A stretch of 64,000 nucleotides of DNA from Massalongia carnosa (taxonomy: Eukaryota), in assembly GCA_965645245.1 (NCBI GenBank), contig OZ287075.1, positions 372,001 to 436,000 of the forward strand, in the 5' to 3' direction. Numbering within the stretch: the stretch's first letter is position 1; every line of letters starts with the position of its first letter. Under the pieces are notes generated by a model. It made no database searches. It worked only from the letters and a program-made list of their open reading frames with translations, and was not told the DNA's origin. Both the position numbers and the translations under genes were made by a program. Shown piece after piece: positions 13,523-26,410 of this stretch.

Positions 13523-14399
13523 ATGGGAAAAGAAAGCCTCTCGCCAGGTGGAATGTCCTCCCGCGAGGACTCAATCAGGCACTCTGAAGATGATTCTGCC
13601 TATGCAGAGCTCGCTAACTATCAGTCACAAGACGATTTGTTGCTCTACGGTGCGGAAAGTCAGGTACTCGGTCTATATGATCAGCTGGATGAACTAAGAC
13701 TCGAGAGAGCCGTTCTCGAAGCCCACCAAGAGATCTCATCAGGTGTGCCATGCTCTTGCGGCGCGCTGAACATGCCCACTGATTCGGACTGTTAGTGGGT
13801 GATTTACAGCTCGATTTCGACATAGAAACACGGCTGAAGGCCGCAGAGAATGAATATCTTGAGGCAAGGGCCGCACATTTATTGAGGAACAGCGTTGTGC
13901 AGGAGATCATCATCACCGATCCGGTCCTCAAAGCAATACATTCTAGAGCCAACGCAACTCCACCTGAAAGGTTTCCGCCGCCACCAGCTCTCACCGGTTT
14001 CTCCAGACCATCGTATTGATATTCCATAGGCTTTTGCATCCCTTGGTAGACAGAAGGGATCTTCTCGGGATAGCACAAACCAACTTATCAACTCGGCTAA
14101 ACTCCACGTTCACGGCTTTAGCAACTGTTGAGGCATACAATGTTGAGGCCATGGAGAAGAATCGAGATCTATCTCAAACGCTCGTGGAGCTCGCAAACAG
14201 GAGGAAAAACCAGCAAGTCTCTGCGATCAATGGCTCTAATTTAAGCGAACAGCTTGAAGGCCTAAAAGAGGAGAGTGCAATCGCGAAACGGCGATGGAGG
14301 GTTATGAAAAGCGTGGTAGCAGCAGTCATCGTAGGGAGTGGCGTCGATTGGGCGCGCAACGATCAATTAAGACCCGTGGTGCTTGACGAAGAAGATTGA
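13523..14399 (+). CDS. Kinetochore protein, CENP-H/Fta3 family
   Basis: Three exons with introns 13743-13795 and 13971-14029; start at 13523 or 13553. Motifs 'ITDPVLKAIH' and 'RWRVMKSVVAAVIVGSGVDWARND' are typical of fungal CENP-H. Confidence 0.82.
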
Positions 14400-14650
14400 A
14401 CTATGCTCTCACTTTCAGATCAGATATATCTTTCAAGCCCTCAAAGTCTTCACTAACGCTAAGTACATGCATCTAATACGCGCTGTGTCCATACCAAATC
14501 GTCTTATTCTTCATTCTCTCTTAATAAACAAGACAGTTGATTGTGCCCCGAGTGATAGACTCCAAAACAACAAGCACGCTAACACCCTTTAGCAACGATA
14601 TTCTGTACTTATCATTTACATTCGATGTACTATGCATGACACTAATGCAA

Positions 14651-15071
14651 TCATGACTTTGTGCGTCTTCCGACGCAGCTTCTTATCCAGAGCCGAGCAA
14701 TGCGCTTCTGAACGTTCTTGGCCATGATAACCAAACAGGCAGAATATTCCTCAAACTCCAGGCTATCCTCACAAAAAAATGCACCTTCGAGCCATGTGAA
14801 CAGGCAATTCTTATCCGACTCATCATACATACACTTACCAAAGACCTGAAATAACTCCTTAGCTGCCTCCTCGTATTTGGCTGCGTAGAGATCCTCGAAG
14901 GTTGGTGCCGGTGGCTGTAACGAGTAATAAGGCTTCTTTGGCCGCCGCCGCCGCATCCGCCGCAGCTCCCAAAACTTTCACCTGTTCATCATGAGTTTTT
15001 GGTTGCGGAGGACGAGGTGATGAACGCCGCCTCGTTGTTCTTGCCAATGAGGCCAAAGTATCTTCCCCCAA
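14651..15071 (-). CDS. Small orphan gene, 5' end unresolved
   Basis: GT..AG intron 14915-14981 joins ORF 14859-15071 (...THDEQ) in frame to ORF 14651-14956 (PPAPTFEDL...). No ATG start resolved. Confidence 0.35.
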
Positions 15072-17239
15072 GCTCGTTTAGGGGCATGGAGTACCAATCC
15101 AAAGTCAGTCTTCTTCCGATGATAGATGGATTCTATATTTTTGTCGGTGACTGCCATTCTTTCAGAGTCATCACCACTTCCATGAACTGGTTTATTAGAA
15201 CCTCCCAGTTTGTGGACTTGATCGAACCAAGATTCAGGGATTCTCTCATGAATGGGCTGAAGTTTCTGATTTGCATGAGACTTTGTCGATGCTACATTCT
15301 GTGTACTGCATCTCTACGGTTTCGAAGAATGTTGTTGTCCTAGATGTGGTGTCTCTATGGTTAATGGGGGCCGCACAATACATGAGGCTAGATCTATAGT
15401 GCTCTTGATCAAATGCTCCCGTAACTTCTAGCTTCGGGGATTTGGCGTAAATGACCTATATACTTGCCTAAAAATCCAAGGCATTCGTCGCTGAGTATTA
15501 AATAATGACGAGTTATGTCAATGATGAACTACAATAAAGAACCAGAAGAGCGATGGGAGCAAGATTCGGAATTGCCGGCGCATACTGTGCAGTTGGTGGG
15601 TACGTTTAGACCCTGAAAGGAACGTCGCCACCTGGAGATAGGTATCTTTATGATATAAGCAGACAGACGCCCACAAATGGACCCGAAACAACAGCACTTC
15701 TGAGCAAAGTCCCTGAATCTCCTGACTTTGAAATCGCCGGCTCATATTCCGCAGCATTTTGATTAAATTAAACTCATACCCCGGGCCAGCCTGGCCAGCC
15801 TGGCCAGCCTTTTGAGCCATCCGAACAGGTTCTTGAACTCTGGAAGAACCCTCGAGCCAAGACCTTCCATTCCGGCACGGCCCTATACGTCTCTATACGA
15901 GTTTTCAGAAGGACGAAACCTGTCAGATGAACAACCAAACCGCGGGTTGACCTTGTGAGCAAGAAGTCGAAAAGGCAGAGAGAGGTGGTCAGAACAGCAG
16001 CTAAACAGCCACGTGTACTGTACGTTACCTACCCACGCTAAGCCGCTTAGGGTGGGTTAGGGCAAATCTTCAACAAACGAACAAATTTCCACACTTATTC
16101 TGCACTAAGTCTTTCTCCACGCACTCATTCTCACCAACCATAGAAGAGAAGAGAAAACCCGAAGCAGCGAGCAACGAAGGAGAGGGAACACCTCAGTAGA
16201 AATCAGAACGATCGGAAAGGGAAACGGCCTTAGCTTTAGGTATCTAAGAATCCACCTAGTTAGATACGCGTACGCAATTGGGGTGGGAAGGCTGCTCCTT
16301 TGTTAGGCAGGGGCGGATTCCAATTCTGATTAACGTGCTTCCAGTATATGGTAAAGAGCATTCAAAATCGTCAATAGAGGTGTTTGGAGAGCGAAACGGT
16401 TTGCCTGCGCTCTCGTTTTCTTGTGTTCTGGTTTACGTCTATTGTCCTTTCTCTCTCTCCCCCAACATCAATTCCTTGGGTGCATGAGTACGAAGGACTA
16501 CAGAGTACCCGTGTTCGGATGTAAGGCCATGGAGACGGCACGCTGACCAGAAGATAAAAAAGCTGAAACGCTAATCCTAGAACGGTGCAAGGCTTGAAGT
16601 TGGGATCAACTTACATTCTTCGGTCTACCACCACCAAAGCCGCCTAACCGACCAAGTAAATACCGGTCGTTTGATCTGCTTAACCATTGAAACTCTCCAG
16701 CTGCGAGGCGGTTTCGCCAGCTTGGAATTCCTTCGGCAAGCAATCAACGACATTCTGGCGCAACACACGAATCGGCCGAGCGAGTTCCCATCCGACGCAT
16801 CTACACATCAATCGGCGATGACAGCATGAGGATCCCATTCATGCTCGGCACAGAGTACTCCATCCAGAGTGTTCCATACAAGCTCCACACACCGAGTATA
16901 GCTCCAAGCAATCTCAACGCGGTTACTCGCCATTGGGTGTCGTATTACCATCGCTGTCCAGTCAAACTGCAGTTTATGGTGCTGCGGGACCCAGTGGACT
17001 CATGAAGCCTCTAGTTTGGTCGGTAGTCTGGTCCAGTTATCCGATGCTGAAGCTACCATGAAAGAAGTATCTCCTTTCCCACGATGCAAGAAAGCCTCAG
17101 CAATCAGAATAAGCAAGCAGTTCACAATCAGCCGTGGAATGCCGCTGCCAGCATTGCGCGTCAAAAGAACAAAAGAAAGCAGGCACTACTGAGGGGGGTT
17201 AACGAGGAGGATAATCGCCGTTGGTAATTGGCATTCGTA

Positions 17240-17382
17240 ATTGCCATTCGTAAGGGAAATTCGTAAGGGAAATTCGTAAGGGAAATTCATGTAAGGGCAA
17301 AGGGTGGTGGAAGGTGTTTCGGGTTGGGTCCGTTAGGAACAAGGGAACAAGAGAACAAGGGAACAAGGGAACAAGGGAACAC
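17240..17382. repeat. Short tandem repeats upstream of NHP6
   Basis: About 3 copies of GGGAAATTCGTAA (about 17254-17296) and about 5 copies of AACAAGGGA (about 17338-17380). Confidence 0.75.
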
Positions 17383-18266
17383 GTTAACACGTTAACAAGG
17401 TAGAAACGGCCAAGAGTAGGGAGCAAAGGGAAGGTGCCCGAAAGGAGTGGGAGGAGTGGGGTGAGTGGGGTGAGTTATGAGTGAGCGAGTGAGGGAGGGC
17501 TTTTCGGTGCTTTGGTGCTTTGTCCAGAGTCCAGAGTACGCTCTGTACACGGGCATAGTTACGCTGCCGGTGCGTAAAGGCCAGCACGCCAGGACAAACC
17601 AAGCCCGTAATGACTAAGCAGGAGAGATTGCCCCGCCTTTGGCCTTCCCAGCCCATATTTCTATGTACCCCCGACTCTTCTGCGCTGAGAATTCCCTCAC
17701 CCAAATCTCACCGCAGACCAAATACACTCATACACTCATACACTCATACACACCCCCATACACGCAACCACCCAACACCCCCCCCCCAGCTGCCACCAAA
17801 ACTGCCTCTTTCTTAGTTCTGACAGCAACTCTATCCCAACTGTACGTATTATCACCACTAACCATCAATCATCAAATCATCATGCACATGTGCAATCAAC
17901 TTCATCCATCATCTTTCCACGGTCCATCGTTCGACATGCTTTTACCTCGCATCTGTCATCTTCGACGTTGCAACGTTCATGAGCGGGACTCATGCTCGTC
18001 GTCGCGTATCCTCGTCAAGATTATTGACCAGTTCCGATCGTCGCAGGCCCACCACTTTCGTCTCCGTCATCCATTGGAGTCGATTACTACCTAGGTAAAG
18101 CATTCCCCGTACCGGGCGACTTGCGTGATGCGCGCAACATGTGCATTTCCGCGACCGTGATTGCGGTTGCGCCCATGAACGCGAACCAGATCCAACACGC
18201 ACACCCAGGCCTCATGGAGCAATGGACGCGTCGAAGAAGCTGACCGTGCGAATAGATCTCTACAAT

Positions 18267-18761
18267 ATGCCCAAAGAAAAGGCTACTCGCAAGTCCAAGA
18301 AGGCCGTTGCCGAAGGAGGCAAGAAGAAGAAAGGTGGATCCCCCCACCCCTTCCCATGGCGCTGCCTCTCCGCTAAGCCCCTTACTAGACCCCAATGCGC
18401 CCAAGCGTGGTCTTTCCGCTTACATGTTCTTCGCCAACGAGCAACGCGACAACGTAAGAGAGGAAAACCCCGGCATCAGCTTTGGTACGCGTCTTCCTCG
18501 TGTCCCGGGGTGGGGCGCAGCCGCTAATGGTTCCGCGTTCCAGGCCAGGTGGGCAAAGTGCTCGGCGAACGATGGAAGGCTCTGAACATGAAACAACGCG
18601 AGCCGTACGAGGCGAAAGCCAAGACCGACAAGCAGCGCTACGAGGATGAGAAAGCGAGCTATAACGTACGTCGTTTTGCGTTTCATGCGCGACGTTGCAA
18701 TGTTGCTCGCTAACTCATGCGCGACGTTCAGCCCAATGATGAAGAAGAGGACGAGGAGTGA
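18267..18761 (+). CDS. NHP6: Non-histone chromosomal HMG-box protein Nhp6
   Basis: Introns 18334-18388, 18485-18543 and 18666-18731. Spliced product: [10 protein letters not shown]...[50 protein letters not shown]...[18 protein letters not shown]. Confidence 0.97.
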
Positions 18762-19930
18762 TCGCTCCGTATCCTCACCTCGGCGACCCTTGGTGTTCCA
18801 CCTCTCGACTCGCGTCGGAACGCTCCCACCACCATGCCATACCTTTGCCTACCACGACCCTCCGTTTTGCTTTGAATTTCGCCATGTTCCGGAGAATCGA
18901 CCTTTGATGTATTGTTTACCAGCAGGGTAGTCGCTGGAGAATTTCGCGGTGGCGTCAGTTGGCGCGCCTGGATTTTCTCTCTCTCTCGATCATCATCCGT
19001 CGCGCATCGAGCCGATGATGGTGCCAGGCATGTCGGGGAGCTGAAGCCATCTATTGTACACTAGCTTAAACCCTCATGTTCTCGTTGCATCGGATCTACG
19101 TTGTGACATGTACGTGTCCATCCCATACCTATCGGACGCACAGAGCAACGGTCGTTCTACCGAGATCAATCCCTCCTTCGCCACCATCACCACCGCTACC
19201 AGGTTTAAACGCATTTCTAAAACGCATTTCCAAAGCGCAAAGCACCATCTTCTGGATATGCCCCGACGGTGCGGTAGATGTACGTAGAAATGAATGAATT
19301 ACCGGGTTAACAAACAACCCCACCCTTCCGACCACCATCACGCCCGAAATGCACGTCTGTTCCGTGACATCAGCCACGATGATTTGACAACGGCGTTTGG
19401 TTTCCGCAACGTACCCCGAGTAGTGTTCAGATAGCATGCGCCGGTGCATCATCAACTGCCGCGATTGCCGAAGCAACCCCAAGATCACGACTCGACTCGG
19501 AAAGGTAGGATAGAATCATCCATCCTCGGTCTTGTTGGGGCGTGTGCACCGGCAGAGCGTGCGAGACCCGGAACCGAACAATTGAGGAATCGACTTGCAC
19601 TTGCACCGTTGACTTTTCCTTCCACCAGCGTATCGAGCTCCGGTTCGTCGAGCTGTCGAGGACGTGCTAAACTTCTCCAGTCACACTTCCCTATCCTCCA
19701 ATTAGCATGCAGCATCCTGAGTTGAACTAATCATGCCGGCTCGAACACGTCAATCTGCGTCAGCGTTAGAGGAGCCGCACTAGAGCATTTGAAAGGTAAA
19801 CAGGCGCGATGCCAGATGATTCCCCTCCCCCCCCTTGTAACTATCTCAATGAGCAGCACGCTTCCCACGTTCCAAACCCCACACGATTCACTGGTCGAGG
19901 GAGCGTGCTGACAACGTCACGGAAAAGGCC

Positions 19931-22131
19931 ATGGCCCTCATCGCGACGGCGGAAACAGCGCAGGAGGTTGCGTCGGGCTTGAACAAGTTCCTCGAACCCG
20001 TCGCGGAGAGTTCCACCGACATCACAGGGCTGATCTCGGAGTGTTTCGCCATCAGCTCAACCTTACGCGAACTTGCCACCGCCGTTGGGGACGTCCGGCA
20101 CAACCGACGTTATGCATCGATTGCGGAAGACGTGCGCTTGGTGTTGCGCAGTCTGGAATACACCTTTGACGATGTCCATCAACTCTTTGGAGGTTTGGCC
20201 CGAACGAACCATCTTACCTTGAGCACCGGTTACCGCCAGGTCTGGCGTGATATTGAAATCCACTTTCAGAACGAAAGCCGAAACACGCTATGTGACCGAT
20301 TGCAATACTATCGACGGTTTCTTCAGGATTTAATCTGCATCGTTCTGGAAGGGTGGGCATCGTGTTTCTTCTTGCGCCTGGCACGCATCTAACAGCACGA
20401 CAGATCCCCTCCGGATTACAAGGTGTACGATGATCTCCAGCTGCGCATTGAAGCTCTCCTTGCAGTGCAAGATGCCCGGCTGGACGACGACTTCAATGAT
20501 CTGTCGCTTGGTGCTCCAGGTGCGTGTCCAGCATCCGTTCCCAAGCACATCAGCTCATACATTGTCAGGCAACGCGCGGCAAAGGTCTTTCGAAAGAAGA
20601 CGACCGCTCGGTCCTTATCATATGACTCCCGAAATCCCAATCCCGGCACGTGAAGAAAGAAGACGACCAGTCCTTCCACGTCGAGAGCGAAGCCATCGAC
20701 AACGACAGCGGCACGTACCTGCGTCTCCGCTATACGACCGATATGGTGAGCGACATACACCCATGTCTTCTGGCTTTGAAGAGGACTACTTCTGGCCGCC
20801 GCCTGCACCCGATGCCCCCAGTTCGCCCACCACCACCACCTTTTCCCAATCGTCCAGCACCAGTTCATCCGTTGCGCACTGGGTGCCGAGGTTGTTCGAG
20901 CAAGCTCGATCGACGACTCCTTTTGTGACTACTGGTCCAGTGTGAGTTTTCCGATCCGGTGGAACCCTCGCCCTAACCGTGTTTTAGATCGTCATGTTTT
21001 GGCCAGGACATGCCGGGTGCCAGCGCTCAACTCGCCGATGAATACGATAAATTATTGCAACTGTTAGCCACTATCCAAGCATATCGGCCGGAATTGGGCT
21101 AAAATCTCTAGGCCATTTGAAAACGGAGATCTGCTCGTACGGTTGTACGTTCGATCCTCCGACCAAAGAGCCCGAATTCACTGCCGCAGCATGCGAGTGA
21201 ACCAATCCCGGAAGCAGAGCTGTCTCCCTTTAACCGCGTTACGGGTGGAGAGAGCGGCGTCATCCTTGAAATTCAGCCGAATCGGCCAAAACGGGCGTTC
21301 CCTGGAATTATGGGCATGCCTAAGATTCCCCAGCTACGAGCGTAACGAGTCCCGTTCTCTTTCTCTCTCGCTTGCCGTACCTCCCCAAAATCCAAGCCCA
21401 CGACGCTGATTCATCCGCGTTTGACAGGATTGGTCCTTTTCTTTTGCACCTTCCTCGCCATGAAAGCCGAAGACGCGGCGAACCGCGCCCGCGCGACTGA
21501 AGATTACGAGCTACGCGGGGAAACGATGGAATATAGCGGGTAACCGTCCAATTTGCTGCAATCCCCCCAAGGTCACCACAAGCTGACACGACCGGGCAGG
21601 AAAATCATCGACGACCACTACGAGCATGCGCTCCGCATCTACAGGGATCGCGACTCGGGGGGCATTCGCCTGCAAGCCTCTGTCCTTCATGGCGAACTTA
21701 AACGGTACCTCCCTTCTCATCCCTATCCAACGCCCCCTTTTCAATCCATCATCAACTGACCCCTTCGTTCTTCCCATGCAGAACCCCCGTCTGGACCGCT
21801 TTCATCACGCACTCCATCTCCTCCTCACGCTGGATGCGCAAAGCCGGCGGGAAAACGGTGCATCTGGCCGATCTGCAACGATACGTCTTCGCGTCCGAGT
21901 ACCAACCGCAGCTAGGGCCTGGGGGGGAGCACGAGCTAAGCTTTCTGGTGCCGGAAGGTATGTTTTCCTGTTTACTTTTTTCTTTCTCTTTGGCGTACGA
22001 CGGGGGAGGTGAAATCGATTTTCCGTGTTTTCTTTTGCGTAAAGTTGATTCCTGCCGACTAACTTTTGGATGCTGTGGGCGTAGATGCTATATGTTTCAT
22101 GGATAAGGTCGATGATTTGGCTGGGCAGTGA
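19931..22131 (+). CDS. Multi-exon conserved hypothetical protein (helical N-terminus, PH-like C-terminal region)
   Basis: ATG 19931 'MALIATAETAQEVASGL'. Successive coding blocks are separated by short GT-AG introns ('KIIDDHYEHALRIYRDRDSGGIRLQASVLHGELK', 'HLADLQRYVF'). Stop at about 22129-22131. Confidence 0.7.
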
Positions 22132-22996
22132 AGTGGATAGACAGACCCTCGCAATGTCCCCGATAGTCTCATGTTCTCCATGTCTAGTTTCTTTGTCGTT
22201 TCGATTTCGCAACCCTCATTCCCTCTAAGAAAGCCAACGAGCAGAAGTCCTTTCATGTTCATGTTCATTCCCATCTATATTTCATCGTTCTCGTCAACCT
22301 TCTTCCATTTTTCATCTTTTTCTGTGGCAGAGGAGGATAACCAGAAACGGCCACGAACCAGTCGAATCTTCGACAACACCGGCCCGGAGGGAAGACCGGA
22401 GGGAAGAGGGGGGGGGGGGGGTTCGAATCAGTAATGCTACAGCGCTTTGCGGGGAGGCGGGCCGGCCAAAGCCAAGTTTGGCGTTTACTCCCCCATGTTT
22501 TCATTATTTCACGGCGATACGTTACGCTTCCGTGTCATTTCACGAACGAGACGGTGAGAGAGTGACAGGACAGGGACAGGCAAAACGGAAAGACCGAGAT
22601 CGATCGAATGGAACATGACTGAAAAGGGGAGAAGGGGAGGGGGAAAAGTTTTGTTTTTTTATTTATTTATTTATTTATATATATATATTAAAAAAAAAAA
22701 CAACCAGACAGACAGACAGAAACCGATGGATGGAATAGATTTGAATGAAGTTCTAGCACGATTTTCTTCCCCCTTTCCCCAAACCCTTCTTCCCTTTTCC
22801 TACCAATTCTCTCTTCTCCTATCTTATCTATCTATCCAAACCCATACGTAAATCCAATCCAGTTCTTAAACCCGCCCTCGGGCTTTAACACATGTGTTTC
22901 TTATTTCGTAGCTGGTACGGAGTACTTAGGTTTCGATAAAAGGACAAGTACACATGAAACCTATCGATCACCACAGACAGCACATCGTCTATTATC

Positions 22997-22997
22997 A

Positions 22998-23031
<34 letters not shown>

Positions 23032-23039
23032 CGTCGTCA
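22997..23039. repeat. (TCGTTG)n/(TCG)n microsatellite in a low-complexity convergent intergenic region
   Basis: Directly visible tcgttgtcgttg... run. Nearby homopolymers include a G run at about 22408 and a C run at about 23373. Confidence 0.85.
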
Positions 23040-23424
23040 ACCTAACTGGTTAAACTACATATGGTTTATTAAACAATAACGATGATGATGATAGATGTGT
23101 TCGTCGCTCTCGAGCTATATCTAACCAAGCGCTGCAACGGATCCCCCGGCGGCGAACTGCTGTTCAGCTTGACAGAGGCAAACAAACAAACAGATTGTTC
23201 TGCAGCATCCAGGAGCAAAACACCCCCCACCCCCCCATATTATTCAACTGCACCGAGCAGAACCACACAGGGGTCTATCTGTCTAGCTCGCCCATTTCCA
23301 GGTGCATAAAATTCGCCTTCTCCACAATCTCGCACCTCCTCAGGTTAAAGCATTTTCAGCCCTTTTTCTTGGCCCCCCCCCCCCCCCCAAAAAGCGGGGG
23401 GTCCACCCCAAACCTCCCCTGCCC

Positions 23425-24299
23425 CTAATACCCTCTCTTCAATCTTTCATACTCGACCAATTTCCAAGCTCCGAGAAACTCCCACAGATAATGCAGTTTC
23501 GCCTGGCGCGCGCGGGAGCTCGAGACGGGATAGGGGCTGGTGGGGCGTGATGAAGATGACGGGGAGGAGCGGAGGTCGAGGGGGAGGCGGTAGGATTGCA
23601 TGATGCGGTCGAGTTGGGAGTCTGTTTGTGGAGGGAGTTAGAGGGAGGGAGGAGGAGGATATCGCTCGGGCAAGGAGAAGGGGTAAAAGAGATGAGACGC
23701 ACTATCGAGCACTCGCATTGTTTCTACCGTCTTGGGAGTATTGAAATCGGTCGGGTAGCGGCCGTCGTCGCTCATGTGTGGGAACACCTTGCCATACTTG
23801 GCCGTGGGGCTGATCTGCGCGTTGGCGAGGGTGGCCGCAAGGTTGGTTCTAAATAGAGGAGATCAGGCGTGAGCAACGTGGTTGGTTTGGGATTCAGTGC
23901 CGACAAAATCTTTATATGGGGAAGAATGAACGGAACGCAAACGAACCTGCACACCAGATTGGCTAGGTTAACGGGATTTGACGCGTCTGAAGAAGCGCCA
24001 TAGGAAGCATTCGCACTCGTGTAGGCAGCGCCGCCATCGCTATCGCAGTCGTGCGGGTATGGAGAGCGAGGCCTTAAGTTTCCGGAGAAGCGTGGACTCC
24101 CGGAGAAGTAATCCTGGACTTCAAGCCCTAGCCGAGCGTGAGCCATGGCCGAGTTTATATCCATGGAAGAGACGCTGCGCGGATCCATGCCGAGAGGGGT
24201 GGTGGGAAGGGAACGGTAAGGATCGAGTAGGGGGCGGAGGGACATCATGGTGGCGGCGTAGGCGGAATTGTTGTCAAGTTGGTGGTCTGGGTAGAGCAT
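23425..24299 (-). CDS. Three-exon hypothetical protein
   Basis: ATG 24299. Removing introns at about 23849-23946 and 23622-23702 gives one frame: ...NLVCRTNLAATLANAQ...PKTVETMRVLDNSQLDRIMQSYRL...KLHYLWEFLGAWKLVEYERLKRGY*. Confidence 0.72.
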
Positions 24300-26410
24300 G
24301 GTTGGAAAGCCTAAGGGGAGGGATCGAGATGGGGTTTAAGTAAAAGAAGAGAGAGACTGATAAAAGGGTGGGTGTAGAAAGAGATGAAAAGAAGTTGCCC
24401 TCACCGCAAGTAGGTGGCGTGTATGGTAGCACCAAGACTGATGGATTGTCTTGCTTAACAAAAGAGTGACGTGCTAGCAAACAAACACATTCTCGTTGCT
24501 ACAACAAATATCCTAATACGCTGTTAACCTGCGGAGATAATCATGCCGGCAAGACACTCGAATGAAGGCATGTTGGATATCACCCCGATGAAGAGACTCC
24601 CCCATAACTGATCATTGGCTAAGGTCAGATGCTCTATCAAACGGCTACCTGCAGGATACCATGGAAAAGTATCGTTGAAGAGTATACCGCGGCATGTCAG
24701 GTCGCTTGACTCATGAGCAATCGACCGACAAGGAACCATTGGAGATGTTTGCCCTGGATATTATTCCCAGTTCTGCAAGGAAGAACAGGGTGGAAACGCA
24801 ACCTCGCCAAAGTCTGACTGCAAGGCATGAATTAGGCACGTTAGGCAGAATTGCAGATATCCCAAGAAACAGATCCCTCTGAATGTCCCGTTGACCGGAA
24901 AATGTCCCATTGCATCTGCCGCATGTCCAAGGCTCAACTGCTAGCCCATGAATTGGTCCTGCCTTGACGTGTTCAGAAGGTAGTTTGATTGCCCCAAGAA
25001 TGATCTTTGACGAATCCTGAAACAGCTCCACTCTGCAGCGCCAACTTCAGTTCTGTCCACGAGAATAAGCCACGCTTGCTTGGAGAATATTATTGCATCG
25101 AACGCGATAATTATCTGGACAAATGGCCTCCAAAGACACAATTTCCCGCCACATTTTAGCATTACCACTCCATTCAGTTATCAAACACAGCTCCAATATT
25201 TGCTTGTATATTTGTCTCCTGTGGCCTCCAAAGCGGCCTTTGCCTCTCCTCGCCCCCCCTCCCACTTGTGACGGGCCCGCCAATACTAAACGTTCGAGCC
25301 TTTCCGCTTGGTCGCTCTGCCAAGCTTGGAGCTCTAGGTTTCTGCCGACCACGAGCCCTCCCGCCAAAATAAGGAACTTCATAAGCGACCGCGCGCACAA
25401 TGTAAAGGAGGAGATCGTAAGCGATAAACATTAGCCAAGGTCCTATGGTGATGATGCCTAGGATTAGCTACAAAACATATGTAAGCTTGACATCTAGTGG
25501 CTGGAGAACGGCCTCACAAAGAAGCGTATGATCCACGTCTCTATTACTGTGAGCTGGGCAGGAAGGATTGAAAACCGCGACATTGTGGGCTAGCCGGAAT
25601 GATCGTTGCAAGAAAAGTCAAGTCTAGCTTGATAGGTCGCAAAGGGTTGATAGGTTTTGCGAATGACCTTTTAGCGTAAGGGATATTAAAAGGCTATTCT
25701 ATTCTATAAAAGGGGGTTTTACGCCTGGCCATGATACGAGCAGAGAAGGATGAGAAGGATGATGCAATAGGGATTATGACGGGTCATCTTATCTTACCAC
25801 CAACCCTTGCCCGATAAAACTAGCAGCCCTAATCTTATCAACCGAACCCCTTTTCCTTGTCCATCTCCAATACCCCAAATCTTACCTCATCCCTCCTACG
25901 CGCTTCCCTTCAACCCCTTTTGCCCAGTCCTACATCGCTATCTACTTGATAGCTCCAACTTTATCATCCCATTTCCCATCTAAAACCTCACCTAATTTCC
26001 TCTCCCCAGATACCTCGAAAAGCTCTCGTCTTGTAAAACAAACTAAAGGATGCCTTGGCATTCCAATTGTGGTTGCAAGATACCGGATCTCTGGATTATG
26101 AGGAATCGATGCTGAGAAAGGGGTTTGTGGGGAAGGAAGGGTTTGAGGATGAAGGATTCTTAATACAATGAAAGATTGACGGTGCTGGGGAAATCCCTAT
26201 TGAGAGCACTTTGGCCTAAATCGACAACTTTTGGCCAAGCCAGTGTACATATAAACGTTTCTTTTCATTTTTCACTGTACATGTTACATACACCCTTGCC
26301 ATATATATTTATGTACGTATTTATCCAAAATGACAGTCAACTTTTTTCCCTTTCCCCAACAACCGTCTCTTACTCCACCTAAGCTGACTCTTCCCCCCCC
26401 CCGAAACGGA

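Noticed and set aside
16047..16062. TTAGGG telomere-like hexamers
   Set aside because: Only two non-adjacent copies; not an interstitial telomere array.
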